From: Myxococcota bacterium
GTDB lineage: Bacteria; Myxococcota_A; UBA9160; UBA6930
DNA length: 64,000 nucleotides
Reading direction: 5' to 3'
Assembly (NCBI GenBank): GCA_965223705.1
Contig: OZ245015.1
Coordinates: 3,392,001-3,456,000 of the forward strand
Position numbers and translations under genes: made by a program. The notes below the pieces were generated by a model. It ran no database searches, had not been told where the DNA came from, and worked only from the letters and a program-made list of their open reading frames with translations. Positions 37,818-46,849 of this stretch are shown here, piece by piece (positions within the stretch are counted from its first letter, which is position 1; each line of letters begins with the position of its first letter).

Positions 37818-38324
37818 ATGCCTCCGAAAACCCCTCCCCGAGCACGCGCCATTCCACCCGTGAAGAAGGCGCAGTTCGCAGCCGATTTCCTGGAGCTCTT
37901 CTACCCGGTCCACTACAAGATCGGGATGAAGATCGAGGATGGGATGCGTGGCGGTCGACTTTCGCGTCACCAAGTCGCTGTCCTGTGGCTCATCCGAACC
38001 GAAGGGGACGAAGGCACCGAGATCCGCCGGAAGGACATCGAGCGTGCGATGGGGAGTTGGTTCGAAATCAAGAGCTCGGCCATCTCGAAGGTGATTCGCT
38101 CGCTGACGCGGCCCCCACTGGATCTCGTCGAGATCTTCGAGGATGCGGAATCCGGCAGAGAGAAGCGCGTTCGGCTCACGGCGAAAGGCCACACTGAAAT
38201 CGATCGGATCGTCGTGGCCGGGCGTGAATTCATCGCGTCGATGGTCGAGCATTTGAGCGTGGACGACGCGAAGGCCGGTGTCCGCTTCCTGGCAAAGGTT
38301 TCGCAGATCGTCGAAATCGTCTGA
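37818..38324 (+). CDS. MarR-like winged-helix regulator
   Basis: LSRHQVAVLWLI, SAISKVIRSL and SGREKRVRLTAKG. Divergent from the P450. Confidence 0.8.
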   Translation: MPPKTPPRARAIPPVKKAQFAADFLELFYPVHYKIGMKIEDGMRGGRLSRHQVAVLWLIRTEGDEGTEIRRKDIERAMGSWFEIKSSAISKVIRSLTRPPLDLVEIFEDAESGREKRVRLTAKGHTEIDRIVVAGREFIASMVEHLSVDDAKAGVRFLAKVSQIVEIV

Positions 38325-38349
38325 GAGGCCGGGGAACCGCGAGCGTTTC

Positions 38350-39183
38350 GTGAGCGACAAGCTGCAGCTACCGGAAGTCCCGGACTCGCTCTTTTGCCTG
38401 ACAACGCGCCCGGCGCGGGACGAATCATACCGCTCGTGTCGTTCTCGGACGGGTCTCGTCGTAACGACGTACGACCGTCCGCGGTTGCTGCGCCGGTTGC
38501 TGGCAACGCTCCGCCGTGTCGAGCTCAGCAACTGCGTGCTCTTGTTGGTCGACGACGCGAGTTCCGAGCAGACAAGGCGACTCGTCGAGGAATATCGACA
38601 TCCCTCTGCCTCGGTGATCACGGCCGTGCGGCGCCTACGCGACGATTGTCAGCTTCCGGCAAACCTGCGCTTCGCCTGGGACAAGCTCGTGGCCGAATAC
38701 GGCTGCGAGCGGCTTCTCTGCCTCGATGCCGACACGCTTGTACAACCGGACTTTCTGGCCAGCCTCGAAGCGGCGTTTGACGCGACGACGACACACGGTC
38801 AGCGGATCGTGAGCGGCTTCAACGCACCCTCGCACCAGGTGTTAGCCGAGACGCCTTCCCTCGCCGAGAAGGCATCCCTCGGCGGCGTCAATCTCTATTT
38901 CGACGCCGCCGTCTATGCGTCCCACGTCCGGGAGACGCTCCGCGACATGCGTTGGGACCGCGCGTTGGCCGACCACGCGGGTCCCGAGACCTTGCGTTTC
39001 TTTGCGACGACGCCTTCGGTCGTTCAACACACCGGGCGCACGGGATTTTGGTCGAGCTGGCGCAGTGGCGTGTTCGACTTTGCCCCAGACTACGCCTACT
39101 CGGGGCGACTCGACCAAATGCTTCGGCAAGGTACGCTGCGCGCCCGCCATCGACTCAATCAGTGGCTGCGCCGGCGGTCCTGA
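38350..39183 (+). CDS. Glycosyltransferase family 2
   Basis: VVTTYDRP, LVDDASS, CLDAD (DxD) and PSVVQHTG. Confidence 0.8.
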   Translation: MSDKLQLPEVPDSLFCLTTRPARDESYRSCRSRTGLVVTTYDRPRLLRRLLATLRRVELSNCVLLLVDDASSEQTRRLVEEYRHPSASVITAVRRLRDDCQLPANLRFAWDKLVAEYGCERLLCLDADTLVQPDFLASLEAAFDATTTHGQRIVSGFNAPSHQVLAETPSLAEKASLGGVNLYFDAAVYASHVRETLRDMRWDRALADHAGPETLRFFATTPSVVQHTGRTGFWSSWRSGVFDFAPDYAYSGRLDQMLRQGTLRARHRLNQWLRRRS

Positions 39184-39188
39184 CGCAA

Positions 39189-39521
39189 CTACCTTGTGGG
39201 AAGCGTGAAGCCCATGTCGCGCTTCCCGCGAACGTCATAGATCTCCGCCGAATAGTGGAGAATGTCGCCGCGAATGTTGGACTCACTGAGAGCCGCTACG
39301 AGGCGATCCATATAAGGGTGGGTAAAGTGCTCATCGAGCGCCGCCTGATCGTCCCAGACCTCGAAGATAATCGCGCGGTTTGGCTCGGTAACATCGATGG
39401 CCCAGTCGTAAATCTGGGCGCCCGCTTCCTTGCGCGAGTACCCGATCGCTTCTTCCACCGCGTGCTTGACCCGATCAAAGCCTCCGGGCACGAACTGAAA
39501 CTCAACGGAAACAATCAGCAC
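39189..39521 (-). CDS. ABM (antibiotic biosynthesis monooxygenase) family protein
   Basis: SRKEAG..YDWA and IFEVWDDQAALDEHFTHPY. Start uncertain (39521, 39527 or 39539). Confidence 0.8.
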   Translation of the reverse strand: MLIVSVEFQFVPGGFDRVKHAVEEAIGYSRKEAGAQIYDWAIDVTEPNRAIIFEVWDDQAALDEHFTHPYMDRLVAALSESNIRGDILHYSAEIYDVRGKRDMGFTLPTR

Positions 39522-39646
39522 GGCCAACTCCTCCGACACTTCCGGCTTGGCCGGCTAGTATGACGGGGGTCATAGGGAGCGTCATCGAAACCGATAGGAT
39601 CCCTTGTGACTGGAAACCACCACAAGATTGAGCGATTAATACGGAT

Positions 39647-41263
39647 ATGAATGCTACCGAATCTACTGGCACGGATTTCGACGCGATCATCGTCGGAGCC
39701 GGAATTGCCGGGCTCTACCAACTCCACCGGCTTCGCGAAAAGGGGCTCCGGGTTCGCTCGATCGACGCGGCGAGCGACGTCGGGGGCACCTGGTACTGGA
39801 ACTGCTACCCGGGCGCGCGGGTCGACTCCCAGTCCTATATCTACCAGTACTGGTTCTCGGACGACCTAATCGAGGAATGGAACTGGAGCCAGCGCTTCCC
39901 GACGCAGCCCGAGCTCGAGCGCTACCTCGACTTCGTGGCCGACAAGCTCGATCTCCGCAAGGACATCCAGTTCAACACGCGGGTGACATCGGCGAACTGG
40001 GACGAAGTGCAGAGCCACTGGATTCTGCACACGGACAAGGGCGAGGACCTGACCGCGCGTTTCTTCATCAGCTGCACCGGCATGCTCTCGGCTCCGATGG
40101 TCCCGCCGTTCCCGGGTCGCGAAGCGTACAAAGGGACGGTTGCGCACACCGCGCGATATCCGCGGGAGGGCATCGAGCTCGCGGGAAAAAAAGTGGGCGT
40201 GGTCGGTACGGGCGCTACGGCGATCCAAGTCATTCAGACGATCGCCGATGAGGTCGGGCAACTCACGGTCTTTCAGCGCACGCCGCAGTACGCCGTCGCC
40301 ATGCGCAACCCGCACTACACCGACGCCGACCGCGCGAAGTACAAGGCGAAGGCAAAAGAACTGTACGAGCGTGTGCACAGCACCTTTGCGGGCTTCGATT
40401 TCGATCTCGATCACGGATCGTGGTTCGATCACACACCGGAAAAGCGTCGAGAGATTCTCGAAGAAATTTGGGCCGACGGCTCGCTCAGCATGTGGGTGGG
40501 CAGCTTTCCCGAGGTGCTGACCGATGAGACCGTGGGAGAAGAAATGTCAGAGTTCGTGCGCGAGAAGATCCGCGCGCGCATCGACGACCCGAAAATCGCC
40601 GAGAAGCTGCTCCCCTACCACTATACGTTCGGCACCTACCGCGTCCCGCTCGAGCTGGGCTACTACGATGTCTACAACCGGGACAACGTCGAGCTCGTCG
40701 ATGTCAAGACCGCGCCGATCGAGTGCTTCACAGAGAAGGGCCTGAAGACCGCCGACGCGGAATACGAACTCGATGTCGTCATTCTCGCGACCGGGTTCGA
40801 CGCCGGGACGGGCTCACTATCGGCCATGAACATCACGGGCCGAGACGGAGCCTCGCTGACCCAGCAGTGGAAGGAGGACATCCGCTCGACCATGGGGCTC
40901 GCGGTGCACGGATTCCCCAACCTGTTCACTGTCGCCGGTCCCCTGGCCCCCTCGACGGCCTTCTGCAACATGACCACCTGCCTCATGCAACAGGCGGACT
41001 GGATCACCGACTGCATCTCCTGGATGCTCGACCACGACCACCATGCGTTTGAACCGACGGAGGAGAAGCAGAACGAGTGGGTGCAGCATCACGACGAGGT
41101 CGCCAACGCGACTTTGATGATGCGCACGAACTCGTGGTACACAGGCGCCAACATCGAAGGCAAACCGCGGCGCTTGCTCTCCTATATCGGTGGCGCTGCC
41201 AACTATCGGCAGATTTGCGAGGGCGTAGCGAAGAGCGGCTACGAGGGTTTCGCCGTCACCTAG
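39647..41263 (+). CDS. Type I Baeyer-Villiger monooxygenase, AcmA/MekA-like
   Basis: GAGIAG, GGTWYWNCYPGARVDS, YKGTVAHTARYP fingerprint variant, GTGATA, ATGFD and PLAPSTAFCNMTTCL. Confidence 0.92.
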   Translation: MNATESTGTDFDAIIVGAGIAGLYQLHRLREKGLRVRSIDAASDVGGTWYWNCYPGARVDSQSYIYQYWFSDDLIEEWNWSQRFPTQPELERYLDFVADKLDLRKDIQFNTRVTSANWDEVQSHWILHTDKGEDLTARFFISCTGMLSAPMVPPFPGREAYKGTVAHTARYPREGIELAGKKVGVVGTGATAIQVIQTIADEVGQLTVFQRTPQYAVAMRNPHYTDADRAKYKAKAKELYERVHSTFAGFDFDLDHGSWFDHTPEKRREILEEIWADGSLSMWVGSFPEVLTDETVGEEMSEFVREKIRARIDDPKIAEKLLPYHYTFGTYRVPLELGYYDVYNRDNVELVDVKTAPIECFTEKGLKTADAEYELDVVILATGFDAGTGSLSAMNITGRDGASLTQQWKEDIRSTMGLAVHGFPNLFTVAGPLAPSTAFCNMTTCLMQQADWITDCISWMLDHDHHAFEPTEEKQNEWVQHHDEVANATLMMRTNSWYTGANIEGKPRRLLSYIGGAANYRQICEGVAKSGYEGFAVT

Positions 41264-41341
41264 ACTCATCGGGTTGCCTGCCGCCGTCGTACTCTGCCGT
41301 TCTACTCCGTCGTTGTAGCCGTTGTATATTGGTCGGCACTT

Positions 41342-43354
41342 ATGACGACGAATGATCTTCAACATATCTGGCAGCCACTTCGCGTCGGACCGGTCGAACT
41401 CAAGCACCGCATCATGGTGTCTGGACACACCCAGCTCTACGGGAAAGATGGCACCCTCTCGGATCGGCACATCGCTTACTACCGGGCCCGAGCCGCCGGT
41501 GGAGCGGCGCTCCTGGTGCTCGAGCAGCAAGGCGTTCATCCGGCGGTGATGAACTATCACGCGGGATGCGGTTCCTGGGAGCGGCGGGTCATTCCGTGGT
41601 ACGAACGTCTGGGTGACGCGGTCCATCCCCACGGCTGCGCGCAGTTCGTGCAGCTCTTCGCTTCGGGCGCGCAAGGTCGCAGCACCCAGTACATCGATCA
41701 CTTCTCGCCGCTCTGGTCGGCCTCGGGGATCCCTTCTGCGATCTCCAATGAAAAACCCCTCGCGATGGAGCAGCAGCACATTGATGAGCTCGTCGAGCAC
41801 TTTGCGCTCTCGGCAGAGAACGTAAAGCTCGCCGGTCTCGATGGCATCGAGGTTCACGCGGCCCACAGCCAGCTCGTCGGCGAATTCCTGAGCCCGGCGT
41901 TCAACAAACGAAGCGACCGTTATGGGGGTAGCGTCCGCGACCGCTGCCAACTTGCGATCGAGATCGGGGACGCGATCCGGAAGCGCGTCGGGCCCGATTT
42001 TTGCCTGGGGATTCGACTCTCCGCCGATGAATACCTGGGGGGCGCGGGAATCACGTTGGAGCAGACCGAGGAGCAGCTCGACGTGCTGGCCGCGACCGGG
42101 TTCTACGACTTCTTCGACATCTCGGGCGGTGGCTATCACACGCTCCACATCGCTGTGGCTCCGATGGATCGCATGCCGGAGGGCTTTTTGGCCCCCGCGG
42201 CCGAGCGCGCCAAACGTGTGGTGGGCGAGCGGGGGAAGGTGTTCGTCGTCGGTCGCGTGCTCGATCTCCGCACGGCCGAGGAGATCGTCGCCAAGGGCGC
42301 CGCCGACATGGTGGCGATGACGCGTGCCCACATGGCCGATCCGGCGATCGTGCGAAAAACGCGCGAGGGGCGAGAGCGTGAGATCACGCGCTGCGTAGGC
42401 GCGAACGTATGCGTGAAACGTCTGATCGACAACGTCGCGATTACGTGCGTGATGAACCCGTCGATGGGTCGCGAAGACACTCGAGGAACCCTCGAACCGG
42501 CGACAACGCCCCGCGACATCCTGGTGGTCGGGGGTGGGCCCGCAGGGATGCGCGCCGCGGCCACCGCCGCCGCGCGCGGTCATCGTGTGCGGCTTTGGGA
42601 GAAGGAAGACGCGTTGGGTGGGCATCTGCGCACTTGGGCACGCCTCCCCGACCGACGCGGCTGGTCGGTGGCGATCGACAATCTACAGCGTCCCGTCGAA
42701 GACCGCGGAGTCGAGATATCGCTGGGTCGCGAGATCGACGCGGCTTCGGTGACGAATGCCGGCGCCGACGTCGTCGTGTTGGCCGTCGGGTCGCATTGGG
42801 ACGCCCAAGGTCTCTCCGCTTATCGCCCCGATCGCAACGGCATCCCCGGCCACGATCGCGACCATGTCCTCGACCTCGGCACTGCGGCGTCACGCGCGCT
42901 CGAGAATGCTGCCGCACTGGGCCGACGCGTCCTCATGGTCGATGAATCGGAGAGCTATACGCCGCTCGCACTGGCGCAGCTTCTCGCCGAAGCCGGCGTC
43001 GAGGTCGAGATCGTGTCACCGCGCGCTGTCGTTGGAGGAGACACATTGAAGATCCTCGAGATGCTGCATGTCTTTCCCAAGCTGAAAGCGGCGGGCGTCC
43101 ATTGGCGAGCCCAGCACTTCGTCGAGGAAATCCGAGAGAAAGACGTGCTGTTGTACAACACGTTCGGCGGCGAACCGTTTGCCGAGGACGGGTTTGATAC
43201 GGTGGTGCTATCCCTCTTTCGCCAACCCGAGCGAGACCTGTTCGATGCGTTGAAAGGTGCGGGCCCGGAGCTTCACCGCGTCGGCGACTGTCTCACGCCC
43301 CGCTCTCTCGAGGCGGTGATCCACGAGGCCGACGAACTGGGGCGAGCTCTCTAG
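41342..43354 (+). CDS. Two-domain OYE-family NADH:flavin oxidoreductase (FMN/FeS/FAD)
   Basis: DGIEVHAAH, FLSPAFNKRSDRYGGS, CVGANVC..CVMNP and VVGGGPAGM. Confidence 0.9.
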   Translation: MTTNDLQHIWQPLRVGPVELKHRIMVSGHTQLYGKDGTLSDRHIAYYRARAAGGAALLVLEQQGVHPAVMNYHAGCGSWERRVIPWYERLGDAVHPHGCAQFVQLFASGAQGRSTQYIDHFSPLWSASGIPSAISNEKPLAMEQQHIDELVEHFALSAENVKLAGLDGIEVHAAHSQLVGEFLSPAFNKRSDRYGGSVRDRCQLAIEIGDAIRKRVGPDFCLGIRLSADEYLGGAGITLEQTEEQLDVLAATGFYDFFDISGGGYHTLHIAVAPMDRMPEGFLAPAAERAKRVVGERGKVFVVGRVLDLRTAEEIVAKGAADMVAMTRAHMADPAIVRKTREGREREITRCVGANVCVKRLIDNVAITCVMNPSMGREDTRGTLEPATTPRDILVVGGGPAGMRAAATAAARGHRVRLWEKEDALGGHLRTWARLPDRRGWSVAIDNLQRPVEDRGVEISLGREIDAASVTNAGADVVVLAVGSHWDAQGLSAYRPDRNGIPGHDRDHVLDLGTAASRALENAAALGRRVLMVDESESYTPLALAQLLAEAGVEVEIVSPRAVVGGDTLKILEMLHVFPKLKAAGVHWRAQHFVEEIREKDVLLYNTFGGEPFAEDGFDTVVLSLFRQPERDLFDALKGAGPELHRVGDCLTPRSLEAVIHEADELGRAL

Positions 43355-44964
43355 CCCGACTGCGAAGCGCCGACGACCACGCCCGGATTCATGATGCCCT
43401 TGGGATCGAGTCGGCGTTTGGCGAGGGTCAAGACATCCCCGAACAACTCCGGGCGCTGCCTCTCGTACCACTTCTGGTGATCGCGACCGATCGCGTGATG
43501 GTGGGTGATGGTGCCGCCGTTTTCGACGATGGCGTCTGACGCCGCCTCCTTGATCGACCGCCATTGCTCGAGCATGCCGTCGGGCCGTCCCTCGCCGTGA
43601 AACGCGAAGTACGGAGCGGGTCCGTCGGGGTAGGCGTGGCTGAAGCGACACGACACCGCACCTTCTTTGCCTGTTTCCCGACGCAGGGCGTCCGCGGTGG
43701 CTTCTTTGATGGCGTGGTAGAACGCCTCGAATCGGTCCCACGTGATCGCGGTCTCGAAGGTATCGGAGATAATCCCGCGCGGCGTCAGGTTCTCTCGGTT
43801 GTACGGCATGCGGATGAAAGCGGTGCGCCACGCGCCGACGGCCCCCTGCAGATTCGCGTCCGGGTTGTCGCGCCACGGGACGTCGACCACGCCACCGTGG
43901 TCGAGGCAGCACTGCTCGGCCCGCGCCATCCAAGCATCGACCGGGTGATCGGACGATTCGAACGAAACGACCATGAGCGTGAACGATCCGTCTCCGGCTC
44001 CGTTCACTTGCAGCTCGACGCCATCGACGATCCGCACGTTGGCCGGGAACAAGCCCGCTTGGGAAACCGCGTGGACCGCTCGAGCAGCATCGAAGAAGTC
44101 GGCGAAGCGAAACCCCGCGGTCGCCTTGTAGGTCGGGCGTCCCTGCAGGCGCACCCAGGCTTCGGTGATGATACCGAGGGCGCCTTCCGACCCGATCATG
44201 AACCGATCGGGACTGGGACCAGCGCCGGTACCGGGCAACCGGCGCGATTGGATTTCGCCGGCCGGTGTGACCATCGTGACGCTCTCGACGAGATCGTCGA
44301 TGTGCGTGTAGAGGGTGGCGAAATGACCGCCGGAGCGGGTCGCGATCCAGCCTCCCAGAGTCGACTGCTCGAAAGACTGCGGAAAATGGCGCAGGGTGAG
44401 TCCGTGAGGTTTGAGCTGCGCTTCTAGGTCGGGCCCGAACGTACCGCCCTGAATCCGCGCTGCGCGCGATACGGGATCGACTTCGAGCACTTTGTCGAGG
44501 CGTTCCATGTCCACCGTGACGGTGGCGGCGCTGCGGTCACCGACGTCGGGTGTCACGCCACCGACGACCGAGGATCCGCCGCCGTAGGGAACCAGGGCGG
44601 CGCCCACCTCGCCGGCCCAATCGTACAGTCGACGGATATCGTCGGCGTCCTTGGGATACGCCACGACATCCGGTGCGTGTGCGTAGTCGCGGGCGAACAT
44701 GCGGATCGAATCCGGCTGCGACTGGCCAAAGCTGTGTAGGACCCGCTCGTAGGGATCGGTGCGACAGATCGTTGCCAGCGCTTGCGGCGGTTCAATACGC
44801 GGTTCGGCCAGCGGGACGTCGTCGACGCCCGGCCATTTGCCGTCCGTTGTCGGCCGGATGCCGAAGCCGGTAGCGAAGGTCTCGAGAAGAGCCCCCACTT
44901 CCTTGGCATCCAAGCCATCGTCCTCGTACCCCCAACCCCAGAATTTCCGCCGCCGATTCGCCAT
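43351..44964 (-). CDS. FAD-linked oxidase, alkyl-DHAP synthase-like
   Basis: FWGWG, PYGGGSSVVGG, RHFPQSFEQSTLGGWIATRSGG, GSEGALGIITE and GGTITHHHAIG. Start ATG 44964. Confidence 0.9.
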   Translation of the reverse strand: MANRRRKFWGWGYEDDGLDAKEVGALLETFATGFGIRPTTDGKWPGVDDVPLAEPRIEPPQALATICRTDPYERVLHSFGQSQPDSIRMFARDYAHAPDVVAYPKDADDIRRLYDWAGEVGAALVPYGGGSSVVGGVTPDVGDRSAATVTVDMERLDKVLEVDPVSRAARIQGGTFGPDLEAQLKPHGLTLRHFPQSFEQSTLGGWIATRSGGHFATLYTHIDDLVESVTMVTPAGEIQSRRLPGTGAGPSPDRFMIGSEGALGIITEAWVRLQGRPTYKATAGFRFADFFDAARAVHAVSQAGLFPANVRIVDGVELQVNGAGDGSFTLMVVSFESSDHPVDAWMARAEQCCLDHGGVVDVPWRDNPDANLQGAVGAWRTAFIRMPYNRENLTPRGIISDTFETAITWDRFEAFYHAIKEATADALRRETGKEGAVSCRFSHAYPDGPAPYFAFHGEGRPDGMLEQWRSIKEAASDAIVENGGTITHHHAIGRDHQKWYERQRPELFGDVLTLAKRRLDPKGIMNPGVVVGASQSG

Positions 44965-45064
44965 TGTTTTCCTCGTCGCTGTGCTTCGGATCGGTGTCTC
45001 GAATCCCGGAAATTTATCGAATCGCCGTGTACCCGCCGTCGCGCGCTGCTTGTATCCTGACCGG

Positions 45065-45916
45065 ATGGAATCACTCGTCGGGAAGACCGCGGTCGTCACA
45101 GGAGCCGCGTCGGGAATGGGCAAGGCCTTTTGCGAGCGTTTTGCGCGGGCCGGCATGAACATCGTCGCCGCGGACGTCGAGCAAAATGCCCTCGAAGAAA
45201 CCGCCGCCGCCCTGCGCGCCGGAGGCGCCAAAACCATCGCCGTGCCCTGCGATGTCTCCCGGTCCGAAGACCACGAATCCGTACTCGCTGCAGCCCTCGA
45301 CACTTTCGGCCAGGTCCACGTGGTGTGTCTCAACGCCGGAGTCGGCGGGGACAACGCGAGCAGCTGGAACCTGTCCGTCGAGGACTGGGAGTGGACCTTG
45401 GGGGTCAATCTGTGGGGCGTGATTCACGGCGTCCGCACCTTCGTTCCCCACCTGTTAGAACACGATGACGGTCATGTCGTGACGACGGCGTCGATCGCGG
45501 GTCATATCTCCTCGCCCTACGGCGCTCCCTACAACGTGAGCAAGCACGGTGTCGTCACCTTGTCCGAAGGCCTCTACACCGAACTGCGACGAGAAAAACG
45601 CGGTGTCGGGGTGACGTGCCTGTGCCCGGGCTTCGTCGCGACGAACATTCTCGATTCCGCCCGCAACCGACCGGGCGGACGTCCCGAACCGCGCGGCAAC
45701 CAGGACTCCGGAGGCTCTCGGTTTGTCGAGAAGGCCCGACACTTCATCGAGACGGGGAAACCGCCGGCCGAGGTCGCGGATCTCGTACACGACGCGATCC
45801 TCGACAATCAGTTCTGGCTTTTTACCGACGACGTGTGGGACGAACCGATCTCGAGGCGCCACCGGGAAATCGAAGGCAGGCTGCCTCCCAGCTCCCCCGC
45901 TCCCCGAAGCCGTTGA
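45065..45916 (+). CDS. Short-chain dehydrogenase/reductase
   Basis: TGAASGMG, LNAGV, VNLWGVIHG and YNVSKHG. Confidence 0.92.
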   Translation: MESLVGKTAVVTGAASGMGKAFCERFARAGMNIVAADVEQNALEETAAALRAGGAKTIAVPCDVSRSEDHESVLAAALDTFGQVHVVCLNAGVGGDNASSWNLSVEDWEWTLGVNLWGVIHGVRTFVPHLLEHDDGHVVTTASIAGHISSPYGAPYNVSKHGVVTLSEGLYTELRREKRGVGVTCLCPGFVATNILDSARNRPGGRPEPRGNQDSGGSRFVEKARHFIETGKPPAEVADLVHDAILDNQFWLFTDDVWDEPISRRHREIEGRLPPSSPAPRSR

Positions 45917-45919
45917 GCA

Positions 45920-46735
45920 TCAGCGTCGGTTTGCGTAGCTGACTCCGAGCCCCGCCCTGGCATCACTCTGGATCCCGTACTGCGGAATGGGATACCGCAG
46001 TCCGTTTCGCGACAGAGCCTCCATCCCGGAAATCGCCACCGGGAGGTAGGACGGCGGCATGGCCATCAAGAGCTCGTCGTCTAGAACCCCGCCGTACCGC
46101 CGCTCTGCAAAGCAGGGGATCGAGAGACTGGGCTCTCGCTTTGCGAGCGCGCGTCCCCACGAGTCCGCACAAGCGGATTCGCCGACGCAGCCAAATTCGA
46201 GCTTGCTGTATCCCGACCACTGCAAGCCGTTGATCAAGAGGATCATCTGACCCGGCGTCGCATAGATGAGACAGATGTCCGGTGGATCGAGTCGACCGGA
46301 GGTCAGTGGGGATACGGCCATCGCTCGGTAGCGTCCGTGAGGCACGCAATCCATCGCGCGCTGATGCGCCGCAGAGTCTTGGCGTGTCTTGAACCACACG
46401 CCCTCCATCTGTTCACCGGAGAGCCAGGCGTCATCCTGTGGCATCAGGCCGAGGACCGCGCCGCACTGCTGACCGACGAGATCATCCGCAGTGATGCCCA
46501 CGGTCCAACCGAGGCGGGCCGATTGAGCGACGATCTGATCCGTCGTATGGATGTCTTTGGGCCGGCGCACCTTCGGCAAGGCCTCCATCTCCTCGACGCT
46601 CTCGAAGAGCTTCATTCCAATGGGCGTGGTTTTGAGCCTTAGCAGTCGGTTCAGCGAATCGACCCAACCCTTCCAATCCCATGTCTCGGGCGCCAACGGC
46701 TCGCTGCCCTCGATCTGCAATGTCCCGTCGCTCAT
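45920..46735 (-). CDS. DUF169 family protein
   Basis: LRLKTTPIGMK, PDICLIYATPGQM, GESACAD and SIPCFAERRYGG. Confidence 0.8.
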   Translation of the reverse strand: MSDGTLQIEGSEPLAPETWDWKGWVDSLNRLLRLKTTPIGMKLFESVEEMEALPKVRRPKDIHTTDQIVAQSARLGWTVGITADDLVGQQCGAVLGLMPQDDAWLSGEQMEGVWFKTRQDSAAHQRAMDCVPHGRYRAMAVSPLTSGRLDPPDICLIYATPGQMILLINGLQWSGYSKLEFGCVGESACADSWGRALAKREPSLSIPCFAERRYGGVLDDELLMAMPPSYLPVAISGMEALSRNGLRYPIPQYGIQSDARAGLGVSYANRR

Positions 46736-46849
46736 GGCCGCCGCCCTCCTTCTTTGAACCAGATCCGGTTCGCGCAGCGCTCAATATACTCGGTGTCGCT
46801 TAGGTAGGAGACCGGTACTACGTTTCCACGTCGAAACGGAGGCTTCGCG

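Noticed and set aside
39665..39680. TGGCAC sigma-54-like element
   Set aside because: It lies inside the BVMO coding sequence and lacks the -12 TTGC.
41280..41330. Degenerate CCGTYSTA-like repeats between BVMO and OYE
   Set aside because: Too short and irregular to distinguish from chance.
40817..42625. 602-aa minus-strand ORF
   Set aside because: Antisense shadow of the BVMO and OYE genes, typical of high-GC DNA.
43351..45916. Apparent long head-to-head overlap of the FAD oxidase and SDR in the ORF track
   Set aside because: Motif-based starts are 44964(-) and 45065(+), which leave a normal 100-bp divergent gap.
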